The notes under the pieces: generated by a model
The model's database searches: none
Told to the model about the DNA's origin: nothing
Seen by the model: the letters and a program-made list of their open reading frames with translations, nothing else
Translations under genes and position numbers: made by a program
Source: a virus
IMG/VR virus record: IMGVR_UViG_3300021197_001521
Coordinates: 20,236-84,235 of that record
Direction: 5' to 3' (one strand)
DNA length: 64,000 bases
Shown here: in pieces, positions 45,030 through 53,345 of the stretch
How the letters are laid out: the number at the start of each line of letters is the position of its first letter
Numbering within the stretch: the stretch's first letter is position 1

Positions 45030-46683
45030 TATTTTCCTTCATTTTTACGGAATCTGGATTGGCTACTATGTAGTCAATATACATAAGTTTATCAAGCAGG
45101 TTAATTGCCAGAACGTCAAACTTAACGTGACCAAGTGCCTCTAAGTCTGCCATCTCTAGTCCTGCTATCTTTTCATCACTACTTTTTGAGTTTACCATAG
45201 GGCAAACTTCTGATAGTTTGTTTGCTGATATAACAACACCCGCAGCATGTTTGCCTTGAGTTTTCAGCGTACCCTCTATCTTGATCGCTTGTTCAAAATA
45301 TTCTGCATAGTCACCTTCTAAGTAACCCTTCTCATTTATGTGACAATAATCATACAAGTCTTGTTCGTTGTTTTGCAACGCCCACCTAATAATAGATCTG
45401 TCTTCCTCGTCCATCTGTGATAGTTGATCAGAGATAGCCGCTTCGTCTGGAATATATTTTGTAATCTCGTTCATCACGCTAAACCCACACGCTTCGTTTA
45501 CACGTAGGATTTCTTTGATTGCGCTACGCCCCTGTAGTCTACCGAACGTCACCATCTGACTAACATTGCCGTGTCCGTATTTATCTTTGATATACGATAT
45601 GATTTCGTCTCTTTTCTTTCCGGGAATATCTATGTCGATATCTGGAAGTGACACATTATCTTTAGTGTTTCTACCACTATTATAGAATCGTTCAAACAAT
45701 AAGTCAAATTCAATCGGGTCAATCTGAGTGATTCCTATCAAATAAGATATCAAACACCCAGCAGCAGAACCGCGACCCGGACCTACCATCCAGCCTTGAT
45801 CTATCGCATACTTAATAATATCACGAACAATAAGAAAGTAACCAAACAAATCTGCTTCTTCAATAACTTCAAATTCTTTCCTGAATCTGTCGCCATACTT
45901 TTGTCTACCTTCTTCATCTGTGATTTTTTCTGCGAGTAGATCTTTCCACCCTTTTCTAGCAAGTGTCCTTAAATAATCTTTCTCTGATTCTCCGTTGGGA
46001 GTGTCAAACTTAGGAAGAACAGGTTTGCTTAGAATGTTATAATCTTCGCACTGATCATATATCTCATCAAGACTCTGTGTTCCTGCTGGATCTTCAAGCA
46101 TAGCTTCTGTTGCTCCAGTTTTATCTGGAACAAAAAAGTGAGAAAAGTCAAAAAACTTTTTATTAGGAAAGTCTTCTTTGTTTTTGAACTTCTTTCTAAG
46201 TTTAGGAAGAGTAGTCTTCATTTCAGAGCAAAGCAAAATCCTGTGTAGATGAGCGTCTTCTGACTCTGTGTAGTGCAAGTCTTGAAAACATCTACTTTTC
46301 TCGTACCAACCTTTTTTAATTGGCGAATTCGCAGCAGAGTCTGCTAGAACAATCAAGTTTCCTTTGTTGCAAATTTCAGACAGGTCGCTTGCATTGTAAT
46401 CTCCGTTTTCATCCAACAGAGAAACAATCTTGATTAGGTCAAACCAACCTTTTTCGTTTTTCGCAAATAGCGTGAAGCTATCGAACGAACAACCTATAAT
46501 TGGTTTTATGTCGTTAGCAACACATGCCTGATAGAAAGCCACAGCGCCAGAGATTGTTTTGTAGTCAGCGATGCCGCAAGCGCGGAATCCGTTGTCTTTA
46601 CATTTCTTGGCGAGTTCTTTGGGTTTAGAGAACCCTTTTAGTAGCGAGTAGTGTGTGTAATTACAGAGTGGGAACCAAGTCAT
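45016..46683 (-). CDS. dnaE: DNA polymerase III alpha, N-terminal half (PHP, palm, thumb)
   Basis: YSLLKG, GPGRGSAAG, LLFERF, PDIDID, GKHAAGVVI, VKFDVL; RBS AGGAG. Confidence 0.93.
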   Translation of the reverse strand: MTWFPLCNYTHYSLLKGFSKPKELAKKCKDNGFRACGIADYKTISGAVAFYQACVANDIKPIIGCSFDSFTLFAKNEKGWFDLIKIVSLLDENGDYNASDLSEICNKGNLIVLADSAANSPIKKGWYEKSRCFQDLHYTESEDAHLHRILLCSEMKTTLPKLRKKFKNKEDFPNKKFFDFSHFFVPDKTGATEAMLEDPAGTQSLDEIYDQCEDYNILSKPVLPKFDTPNGESEKDYLRTLARKGWKDLLAEKITDEEGRQKYGDRFRKEFEVIEEADLFGYFLIVRDIIKYAIDQGWMVGPGRGSAAGCLISYLIGITQIDPIEFDLLFERFYNSGRNTKDNVSLPDIDIDIPGKKRDEIISYIKDKYGHGNVSQMVTFGRLQGRSAIKEILRVNEACGFSVMNEITKYIPDEAAISDQLSQMDEEDRSIIRWALQNNEQDLYDYCHINEKGYLEGDYAEYFEQAIKIEGTLKTQGKHAAGVVISANKLSEVCPMVNSKSSDEKIAGLEMADLEALGHVKFDVLAINLLDKLMYIDYIVANPDSVKMKENNVEP

Positions 46684-46713
46684 CAATATCTCCTTTCAAT
46701 ATGGTTTCAATGT

Positions 46714-46742
46714 ATTATAGCGCAAGATGCTTAGTTTTTCAA
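46714..46742 (-). promoter_or_regulatory. Sigma70-type promoter upstream of dnaE-N
   Basis: TTGAAA (46742-46737), 17 bp spacer, TATAAT (46719-46714) on the - strand. Confidence 0.85.
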
Positions 46743-46754
46743 GTTAAAACTTTT

Positions 46755-47798
46755 TTATAACACAATTTCTTGATTAGGAAGAATAATAGTTTTTCCTGAA
46801 AAGTACTTGATGTACTTTGCTTCTTCTTCAGAACTTTCTACAAAAAAATCGCAATTAAATTTTTTAAATACCTCCGACTTGTACCTGCCTACCACTTCGT
46901 GATGATTTTTATCTCTTTGATTTTCCTGTTCCGTGGGAAACATTATCAAGTGTTCATAATTAAATCCATGCTTTTTCAACCAAAATTCTGTTTCTTCTCT
47001 AAATTTTTCCAGTCTTCCGGTGACTAGCGCCTTTGCTTTAAAAAGTTTTGGTATTCTTTTTTGGTATGGTTCTATCTTTTTTATGTATTTTACGTAGAGT
47101 TTCTCATTCTTACACACATCTAAGGGTACATCATTACAGAAAATACCGTCGATATCAAAACATGTGGTCCCACAGTAACCAGAGTTGAACAAGTTCCACT
47201 CCAATATGTGAGGTAGTTCTAATTGTTTAGAATGATAGTCAATCAAACTAGAAGCAACTTCTGTTGAGAATATAGAAGCAAACTTAATATTTTTGCCAAA
47301 TGTTTTCCTCATAGCTTTAACTGTCGTTCCACTACAACTTGTGTCGTCTACAAACAGTAGTTTTTTTAATTTATCGGAACTGCTATATTTTTTATAGTAT
47401 TTCATCCTGCTCCCTCCGTAGTCTGAGGCATAGGTTAAAATAACTATTTCTTTTTCATGTATAGAAAATAAAGGTTTATTTATATGGGTTGCGATTATTG
47501 ACGCAGGAACCATTCCAGATCTAGGTACACCAACTATGCCGTCAAACTTGCTGGCGATTTCACAAAGATCAAGACTTGTATCAATTAAATTTTTGTTTGT
47601 TATATACTTTATAGATGAGTTTTCTTGAATTTTTAGCACTTCTTTTTGTTCTACAAAATTCTTATTGTTAAGTTTTCTGTAATTTTCTCTTTTTTGTTGT
47701 GTTGATTCTTTACACCACTTTATTCCAGCAGCGTCCATCTGCCTGTGATATATTTCACAAAATCCAGCGCCTTCGCAATGACACTTATCAAGTCTCAT
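46755..47798 (-). CDS. Type I phosphoribosyltransferase + HAD-like phosphatase fusion with a Cys4 N-terminal tag
   Basis: IVGVPRSG and LLFVDDTSCSGTT (PRPP loop); FDIDG and VTGR...ETEFWLKKHG (HAD motifs I and II). Confidence 0.8.
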   Translation of the reverse strand: MRLDKCHCEGAGFCEIYHRQMDAAGIKWCKESTQQKRENYRKLNNKNFVEQKEVLKIQENSSIKYITNKNLIDTSLDLCEIASKFDGIVGVPRSGMVPASIIATHINKPLFSIHEKEIVILTYASDYGGSRMKYYKKYSSSDKLKKLLFVDDTSCSGTTVKAMRKTFGKNIKFASIFSTEVASSLIDYHSKQLELPHILEWNLFNSGYCGTTCFDIDGIFCNDVPLDVCKNEKLYVKYIKKIEPYQKRIPKLFKAKALVTGRLEKFREETEFWLKKHGFNYEHLIMFPTEQENQRDKNHHEVVGRYKSEVFKKFNCDFFVESSEEEAKYIKYFSGKTIILPNQEIVL

Positions 47799-48328
47799 TT
47801 TTCATATTCTCCATTCTTAAAATCTTCATAGTGAAGATAGTATATCTGCTCTTTTTGAATTTCCGTAAATTCTACACCCGTCTCTATGCTTTTGTTGAAT
47901 TGTGGCAAGAAATCTATTTTTATATCTAAACTTTCAAAATCTTCTACTAAATTTTCTACTTTTACTAAGTGGTCATATTGATATAATCTCGTTACGGGAA
48001 AACAACAAGCACATTTGGAGTTCTCAAAGAACCATTCGTCAAAGTTTATTTCGTGGAAGTACTTTGAATGCTTCCACATGCTATTAACTCTATTGTAAGG
48101 GTTTCTTACTGGCAGTATTACTTCGTATCCTTCATCTTTAAAATGATCGCTAACTAAGTTGTTGTGCTTGTGTTCAAAAGATCTACACTCTGTGCTATCT
48201 CCTGTAATTGTAGGGTGCGCTCCATAGAATTTGTCCCACCCCATTTCAGAAAATATATTTTCTAGCGTTGTACTGTAATTTTTAAATGGTGTGGAAATTA
48301 TTAATTTTCTTTTTTTGTTTACCAGCAT
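47795..48328 (-). CDS. Sulfotransferase family 2-like protein
   Basis: PFKNYSTTL (PAPS 5'-loop-like), VRNPYNRVNSMW, VKVENLVEDF. Confidence 0.65.
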   Translation of the reverse strand: MLVNKKRKLIISTPFKNYSTTLENIFSEMGWDKFYGAHPTITGDSTECRSFEHKHNNLVSDHFKDEGYEVILPVRNPYNRVNSMWKHSKYFHEINFDEWFFENSKCACCFPVTRLYQYDHLVKVENLVEDFESLDIKIDFLPQFNKSIETGVEFTEIQKEQIYYLHYEDFKNGEYEK

Positions 48329-49215
48329 AATTCTAAATCCCTTTCCATGTTTTCTTCTCTGTTCTTGTCTCCAGCGTAATGTATAAAGAAAGCATCTTTT
48401 TTCATCGTGTCAAAATCTTTCATCCAAGATTGACAGTTAAACTCTGTTGGCAAGTCCTCTGTTTTGTATTGATAATAGAGACAGTTAGACTCAATCTGAA
48501 ATTGTTCGTCCCAGTGTGTTTGCCTGTAGTCGTAATTGATTGGTTCCCATAAATTTTCATGACACTTTGAACTTAGGACAACTCCTGTGTTATAAACTTT
48601 CTTTGTATTTGCCAGTCTATCTATTGTCTTCTCGTCATCAAATCTACACGATAACAGTTTCTTCTTGTCTTTTATCCCCCATCGCGGAGTCAAAAAGTCT
48701 CTATCATTGTGCATTGAAACGCAGTCTTCATCTATAATATCAAAAAGATTAGGACTGTTTCTTTTTACTAGAATGTCTATATCTAAGAATAAAATTCTTT
48801 CATACGCAGATGAATACTTTCTAATTCTAAACTTTTCGTTTCCCCAGTATTTCTGAGTTTGACCTTTTAACAGAATAAAGTCTGCTCCGACCTTTTGAGA
48901 ATAGTCCTGCATTAACGGACCAGAGAATTTATAAAGCGACCCAATCGGTCCAGCGCCAACCGTTATTATAAGATTTTTACTTCTTGGGTTAGGTTCTGGG
49001 TCAGACTTTACTTCTTCAAAGAAATATTGAGAATAGTTTTTACGCTCAACACTTTTGCTTGCAACGCTAACAGGGTTGCTTTTTAGATAGTAACCTTTTC
49101 TTTTCTGTTCCGTAGTTCCTTGACACCACTTCCAGTTTGGTGGCGAGTGTCCCATAACCTTGCCAAAGACGGGGCAGAACCCCGCCTCATGGCAAGTGCA
49201 TCTCGATAGATCCAT
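48319..49215 (-). CDS. GT-A glycosyltransferase (GT8/GT34-like) with a Cys4 N-terminal tag
   Basis: ILFLDIDILV, YNTGVV, DEQ, LPTEFN, FIHYAG. Confidence 0.8.
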   Translation of the reverse strand: MDLSRCTCHEAGFCPVFGKVMGHSPPNWKWCQGTTEQKRKGYYLKSNPVSVASKSVERKNYSQYFFEEVKSDPEPNPRSKNLIITVGAGPIGSLYKFSGPLMQDYSQKVGADFILLKGQTQKYWGNEKFRIRKYSSAYERILFLDIDILVKRNSPNLFDIIDEDCVSMHNDRDFLTPRWGIKDKKKLLSCRFDDEKTIDRLANTKKVYNTGVVLSSKCHENLWEPINYDYRQTHWDEQFQIESNCLYYQYKTEDLPTEFNCQSWMKDFDTMKKDAFFIHYAGDKNREENMERDLELCW

Positions 49216-49216
49216 T

Positions 49217-49480
49217 TTATAATCCTAAAAACCAACCAGTCAAAATTCCTACGACAAGGGAGACAATAGTGGATACAACAAACACTTCTGTACAATCTAA
49301 AATTTTTAATCTGTACTTTGGTACTTTGTGTGAATACCTTGATCCCCTTATTCTACCTTTTAGTATTTCTGAATTAGAAAAAACTAAGTTGTGTAACTCC
49401 CCTTCACTGTCCTCGATAACGACAAGATTGTAATTGTCGCTAATTCCATACAACTTTGTTGGAGATACGTTTTTGATCAT
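49217..49480 (-). CDS. Small hypothetical protein with a C-terminal transmembrane helix
   Basis: VFVVSTIVSLVVGILTGWFLGL C-terminus. Confidence 0.55.
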   Translation of the reverse strand: MIKNVSPTKLYGISDNYNLVVIEDSEGELHNLVFSNSEILKGRIRGSRYSHKVPKYRLKILDCTEVFVVSTIVSLVVGILTGWFLGL

Positions 49481-49484
49481 GGCA

Positions 49485-50156
49485 TCACCACGCTCTACAT
49501 GACCAGTACCTTGCTTTCCATCTAGGTCCGGGATTATCGCAATTATGTCTTGCTCTAAAGTTCTTACGACGACCCGGAATATTCTTTTTAATTTTCATAT
49601 TTGGATCGCCAAATCTTACGATTACCACTTTCCCTGACCCATTCTTTACATACACCGCGCTTTTCTTTGGACCTCCGGGAGTCTTGAAGGGTTTGCCAAG
49701 CTTTACTTTTCGACCCTGATACTCTGCTGACTCTGTGTAATCAAGCTCTGCTTTAGCAGGAATAAGTGTTCTTCCTTCTTTTTTATAGATACCTTTTTGT
49801 TCATACTCATAAACCTGACCCGTTTTAGGATCTTTGTATTTATATTTAGACTGTGATTTCTTTAGTTGCTCTTGGGTGGGTCTACCCTCTTTTACAGTCT
49901 TGGCGGGTTTATAATTTTTACCTTCTCGCTCTTTTTTTCTGCGAATATTTTCCCAGAGACCGGGACGATCCGCCGCCCAGTTCCACTCTTCTGATTCTTC
50001 TCCTAAATCTTCATATTCTGCTTCCGTTGGGACATAGAAATTTTCTTCTGTAATTTCTTCTGTCCATCCATGTTCATCCATGTCAAAACCTAAGTTTTTG
50101 TTGTAATGAAAGGATTGATCCATGTCAAAAACGTAATTTTTTCTTTGATCAGACAT
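49485..50156 (-). CDS. Modular basic phage protein (C-terminal RRKNFRARHNC...ARYWSC module)
   Basis: AEYQGRKVKLGKPF...VRFGDPNM...RRKNFRARHNCD...ARYWSCRAW, recalled from large marine phage hypothetical proteins. Confidence 0.6.
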   Translation of the reverse strand: MSDQRKNYVFDMDQSFHYNKNLGFDMDEHGWTEEITEENFYVPTEAEYEDLGEESEEWNWAADRPGLWENIRRKKEREGKNYKPAKTVKEGRPTQEQLKKSQSKYKYKDPKTGQVYEYEQKGIYKKEGRTLIPAKAELDYTESAEYQGRKVKLGKPFKTPGGPKKSAVYVKNGSGKVVIVRFGDPNMKIKKNIPGRRKNFRARHNCDNPGPRWKARYWSCRAW

Positions 50157-50836
50157 TATCTGCTCCTATAAGGTTGTAAATTTGGAAATAATTTATATCT
50201 AACGTCTTGCCAAATAGCGCCACTGATTACCATAGACGCTTCATTGTCAGATGGATAATGAACACCCTGTAAACATCTTGCTAGTCCAGAAAGACCTATC
50301 GTCTTGAAAAATTCAGACGAGCGATGGGGGTACATATCTGCAAAAAGATATGCTGCCATTGCCGCATACACAGTATGACCAGACGGATAAGCTGGCGTTT
50401 TATGTGATTTTGTTTCTATTACATTTATTCTATAATCTAATAAATCTCCTAATTGTTTAGGTCTAGGTCTATTAAATTTATTTTTAAGATTCGTAATAAT
50501 TGGATCTACTACTTTGTAGAGTTTTTTAAAATCTTTTTCAGGCATGGGTTGATTCATGCTATTAAAAATTGGTTTGTATAAATCTAGCGGTTCTTTATCA
50601 ACTAAGTGTACTAAATTTTTTTCTTCATAACTTAAATTAGCTGTGAGCGACTGCAAATACTCTAATTCTTTCTTGGTTTCTTCTGATGTATTTTTGGGAG
50701 GTTCTGGTAAAACGCCCTCCCAGTCTATTGTTATTATACTAGAAACCTTTTTATCTTTCAAGTTCTTTTTGTAAACAACAGAATCTAAATTAGAAGATAA
50801 TGACTTATTAAGTTCTGCTATATATTTAATATCCAT
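50156..50836 (-). CDS. PAP2-superfamily phosphatase / haloperoxidase-like protein
   Basis: K-x6-RP (KNKFNRPRP), YPSGH, R-x5-H-x3-D (RCLQGVHYPSD). Confidence 0.88.
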   Translation of the reverse strand: MDIKYIAELNKSLSSNLDSVVYKKNLKDKKVSSIITIDWEGVLPEPPKNTSEETKKELEYLQSLTANLSYEEKNLVHLVDKEPLDLYKPIFNSMNQPMPEKDFKKLYKVVDPIITNLKNKFNRPRPKQLGDLLDYRINVIETKSHKTPAYPSGHTVYAAMAAYLFADMYPHRSSEFFKTIGLSGLARCLQGVHYPSDNEASMVISGAIWQDVRYKLFPNLQPYRSR

Positions 50837-52068
50837 TATACCAAACCTTCTATTATCTTGCCGCCATTAGCAATTTTCATTGGTCGTCCATTTTTTGCTG
50901 TATAATTTTTTTCTGTACTGATACCAAGCGATTTACAAATAGTAATCATTAAGTCTTCTGACGAGTAAATTAAATCGCTGGTTATTTCTTTTCCATCGCT
51001 GCTTGTCGAACCGATTGCTTGACCGCCTTTAATCAATCCTCCAGAAACAAATGCAGACCAGCACCTTGCCCAGTGGTCGCGACCAGCATTTTGATTAATT
51101 TTTGGAGTTCTGCCAAACTCTCCCATCATAACGATAGCAGTGTTGTCCCACATATCAAGACGTTTTAAGTCCAGCATAAGAGTAGAAACTACTTTGTCTA
51201 GTTCTGGAAGTTTGGTTGATAGCGTTTCGTGTGTGTTTTGATGTAAATCCCAACCACCAAAACCAAGTTCTACAAAAGGCACACCTGTTTGCAGTAGTCT
51301 TCTTGCCATTAAAGCGCCTTTCCCAAATCCCGTTTCTCCATAGGCATCAACTACATCCTTGGGTTCTCCTATTGGTTTTAGCGCTTTCATCTGTGGACTT
51401 GTGTTAAGTCTAAATGTTTGCTGCAACATTTTCATGTGACTTTTTGCCATATCGCTATTGCTTCTTTTTACAAAACCTGTTTCTATAGCAGCAAGTGCTT
51501 GCATCCTTTCGTTATCTACAGAATCGCCAAGGTTTCTAACTTGACCATTTGAACTTACAACAAAGGGATTCCAAGCAGAACCCAGAAACCCGCCACCAAT
51601 ACTTCCTGTACTAATTGAAAAAAATGGCGGTATTTCTAGGTAGTCCCTGTCTTGAGACAGTTCGTAAGATATAACAGAACCCATTGATGGGTGTTTCATG
51701 TTTGGGTTTGGTTTGAAACCCGTATGCATGTAGTAACGACCTCGCATATGGTCTGCTTCTCTTGTTGCCATACTTCTAACAATAGAAAAATCTTTTCCTT
51801 GTTTTGCAAGTTCTGGCATAAGCTCGTTGATTTGGAAGTCACCAGTTGTGCTAATTGGTCTTGATGGACCGCCAGTAGGAGCGCCAAACTTTACGTCCCA
51901 CATGTCAATAGTTGGAGGGCCACCATTAAGCCAAATAAGAATTGCACCCTTTTCATTCTTTGCCAAATCTTTACGACTGTCAATGATTTTTTGACCAAAC
52001 GCAGTTGACGCTACGGAGACAGAGGCTAACCCCCCAGCGTGTTGCAAAAAGTGTCGTCTGTTAATCAT
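50836..52068 (-). CDS. DUF1501 family protein with Tat signal
   Basis: NRRHFL; WLNGGPPTIDMWDVK; HPSMGS; FGKGALMARRL; GWDLH; GEFGRTPKINQNAGRDHW. Confidence 0.92.
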   Translation of the reverse strand: MINRRHFLQHAGGLASVSVASTAFGQKIIDSRKDLAKNEKGAILIWLNGGPPTIDMWDVKFGAPTGGPSRPISTTGDFQINELMPELAKQGKDFSIVRSMATREADHMRGRYYMHTGFKPNPNMKHPSMGSVISYELSQDRDYLEIPPFFSISTGSIGGGFLGSAWNPFVVSSNGQVRNLGDSVDNERMQALAAIETGFVKRSNSDMAKSHMKMLQQTFRLNTSPQMKALKPIGEPKDVVDAYGETGFGKGALMARRLLQTGVPFVELGFGGWDLHQNTHETLSTKLPELDKVVSTLMLDLKRLDMWDNTAIVMMGEFGRTPKINQNAGRDHWARCWSAFVSGGLIKGGQAIGSTSSDGKEITSDLIYSSEDLMITICKSLGISTEKNYTAKNGRPMKIANGGKIIEGLV

Positions 52069-53339
52069 GCTATAATCTCCTGAATTACTTCTCCAAAGTC
52101 CACTATTTCAATAGGTCTATCACCGGGAGCCATTAATTCTTTGTCGGCATTAATTCCCATTTGATGATAAATAGTTGTCGCCCAATGTGGAATAGAAACT
52201 GGGTTATCTTCTGGTTCTGTGCCAGTCGCATCAGTTCTTCCATAAGTCATACCACCTTTAATTCCACCACCAGCAAGAATAGAACTAAACACCTTCGGGT
52301 AATGGTCACGTCCAGCATCTTTATTTATTTTAGGAGTTCTTCCAAACTCTGACACTACACAAACCAAGGTAGATTCCAAAAGTCCTCTTTCGGTCAAGTC
52401 TTGGATTAGTGCAGCAAACGCTTGGTCAAACGGTGGGACTTGCGAATCTATACCGCCAAAGATATTTTGGTGCATGTCCCAACTGCCGTAGGTCATAGAT
52501 ACAAATCTAGCACCCGCCTCAACCAATCTTCTGGACATAAGCATCCTTGCGCCAGCAGTATTGCGTCCATACCTATCGCGTACTTCTGGTTTTTCTTTTT
52601 CTATGTCAAAAGCGTCTTGTGCTTTTTGATCTCCAACAAGATCATATGCTTTTTCATAAAAAGTATTCATAGCTTTTACAGCATCAGAGTTTACCTTTTC
52701 TGTCATATTTTTATTTACAATTTCCAACAGTTTTTTACGTTTTGCAAACTGTTCGTCGGTAACATTGAAAGACAGGTCTCTAACTTTGAATTTATCAGAA
52801 GCAGGATCAGAACCCAAAGAAAACGGAGCGTATGCGTTGCTTAAATATCCGGTTCCTGCAAACTCGTTGGGTTTTTCCGGCACACAAATATAAGCAGGAA
52901 GATTATCCCTAGAACCGAACTCATGAGACACAACAGAACCCATAGAAGGATACTGGAGTGCAGGACTAGGTTTGTAACCTGTGAAAATACTATTTGTTCC
53001 TCGTTCGTGTGCAGCCTCTCCATGAGTCATGCTCCTGATAATTGTTAATTTATCCATGATCTGCGCGGTTTTTGTAAACCTTTCATTGATCTGGATTCCG
53101 TCAACATTGGTGTTTATCGCTTTCATAGAACCGCGATACTCTAGAGGAGCTACAGTTTTTGGGTCGAGCGTCTCCTGAGCAGCCATTCCACCCGGAAGAT
53201 ATATAAAAATCATGCTTTTTGCTTGACCTTCAACGCTTTCGTAGTGTTTTTGTTCACCAAAAGCGTACTGCGTTCCGGCAGCGGCAAAAAGACTTGTTTG
53301 CAAGAATGCCCTACGACCAATATGAATATGATTAAACAT
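52065..53339 (-). CDS. DUF1501 family protein with Tat signal
   Basis: GRRAFL; YLPGGMAAQETLDPK; YPSMGS; RRLVEAGARFV; WDMH; SEFGRTPKINKDAGRDHY. Confidence 0.92.
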   Translation of the reverse strand: MFNHIHIGRRAFLQTSLFAAAGTQYAFGEQKHYESVEGQAKSMIFIYLPGGMAAQETLDPKTVAPLEYRGSMKAINTNVDGIQINERFTKTAQIMDKLTIIRSMTHGEAAHERGTNSIFTGYKPSPALQYPSMGSVVSHEFGSRDNLPAYICVPEKPNEFAGTGYLSNAYAPFSLGSDPASDKFKVRDLSFNVTDEQFAKRKKLLEIVNKNMTEKVNSDAVKAMNTFYEKAYDLVGDQKAQDAFDIEKEKPEVRDRYGRNTAGARMLMSRRLVEAGARFVSMTYGSWDMHQNIFGGIDSQVPPFDQAFAALIQDLTERGLLESTLVCVVSEFGRTPKINKDAGRDHYPKVFSSILAGGGIKGGMTYGRTDATGTEPEDNPVSIPHWATTIYHQMGINADKELMAPGDRPIEIVDFGEVIQEIIA

Positions 53340-53345
53340 TTTTCC

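Noticed and set aside
42800-46683. Split intein or pseudogene explanation for the two dnaE pieces
   Set aside because: No C/S-starting intein N-block or HN-C end is present. Both halves keep their motifs and plausible RBSs, and together they cover the enzyme.
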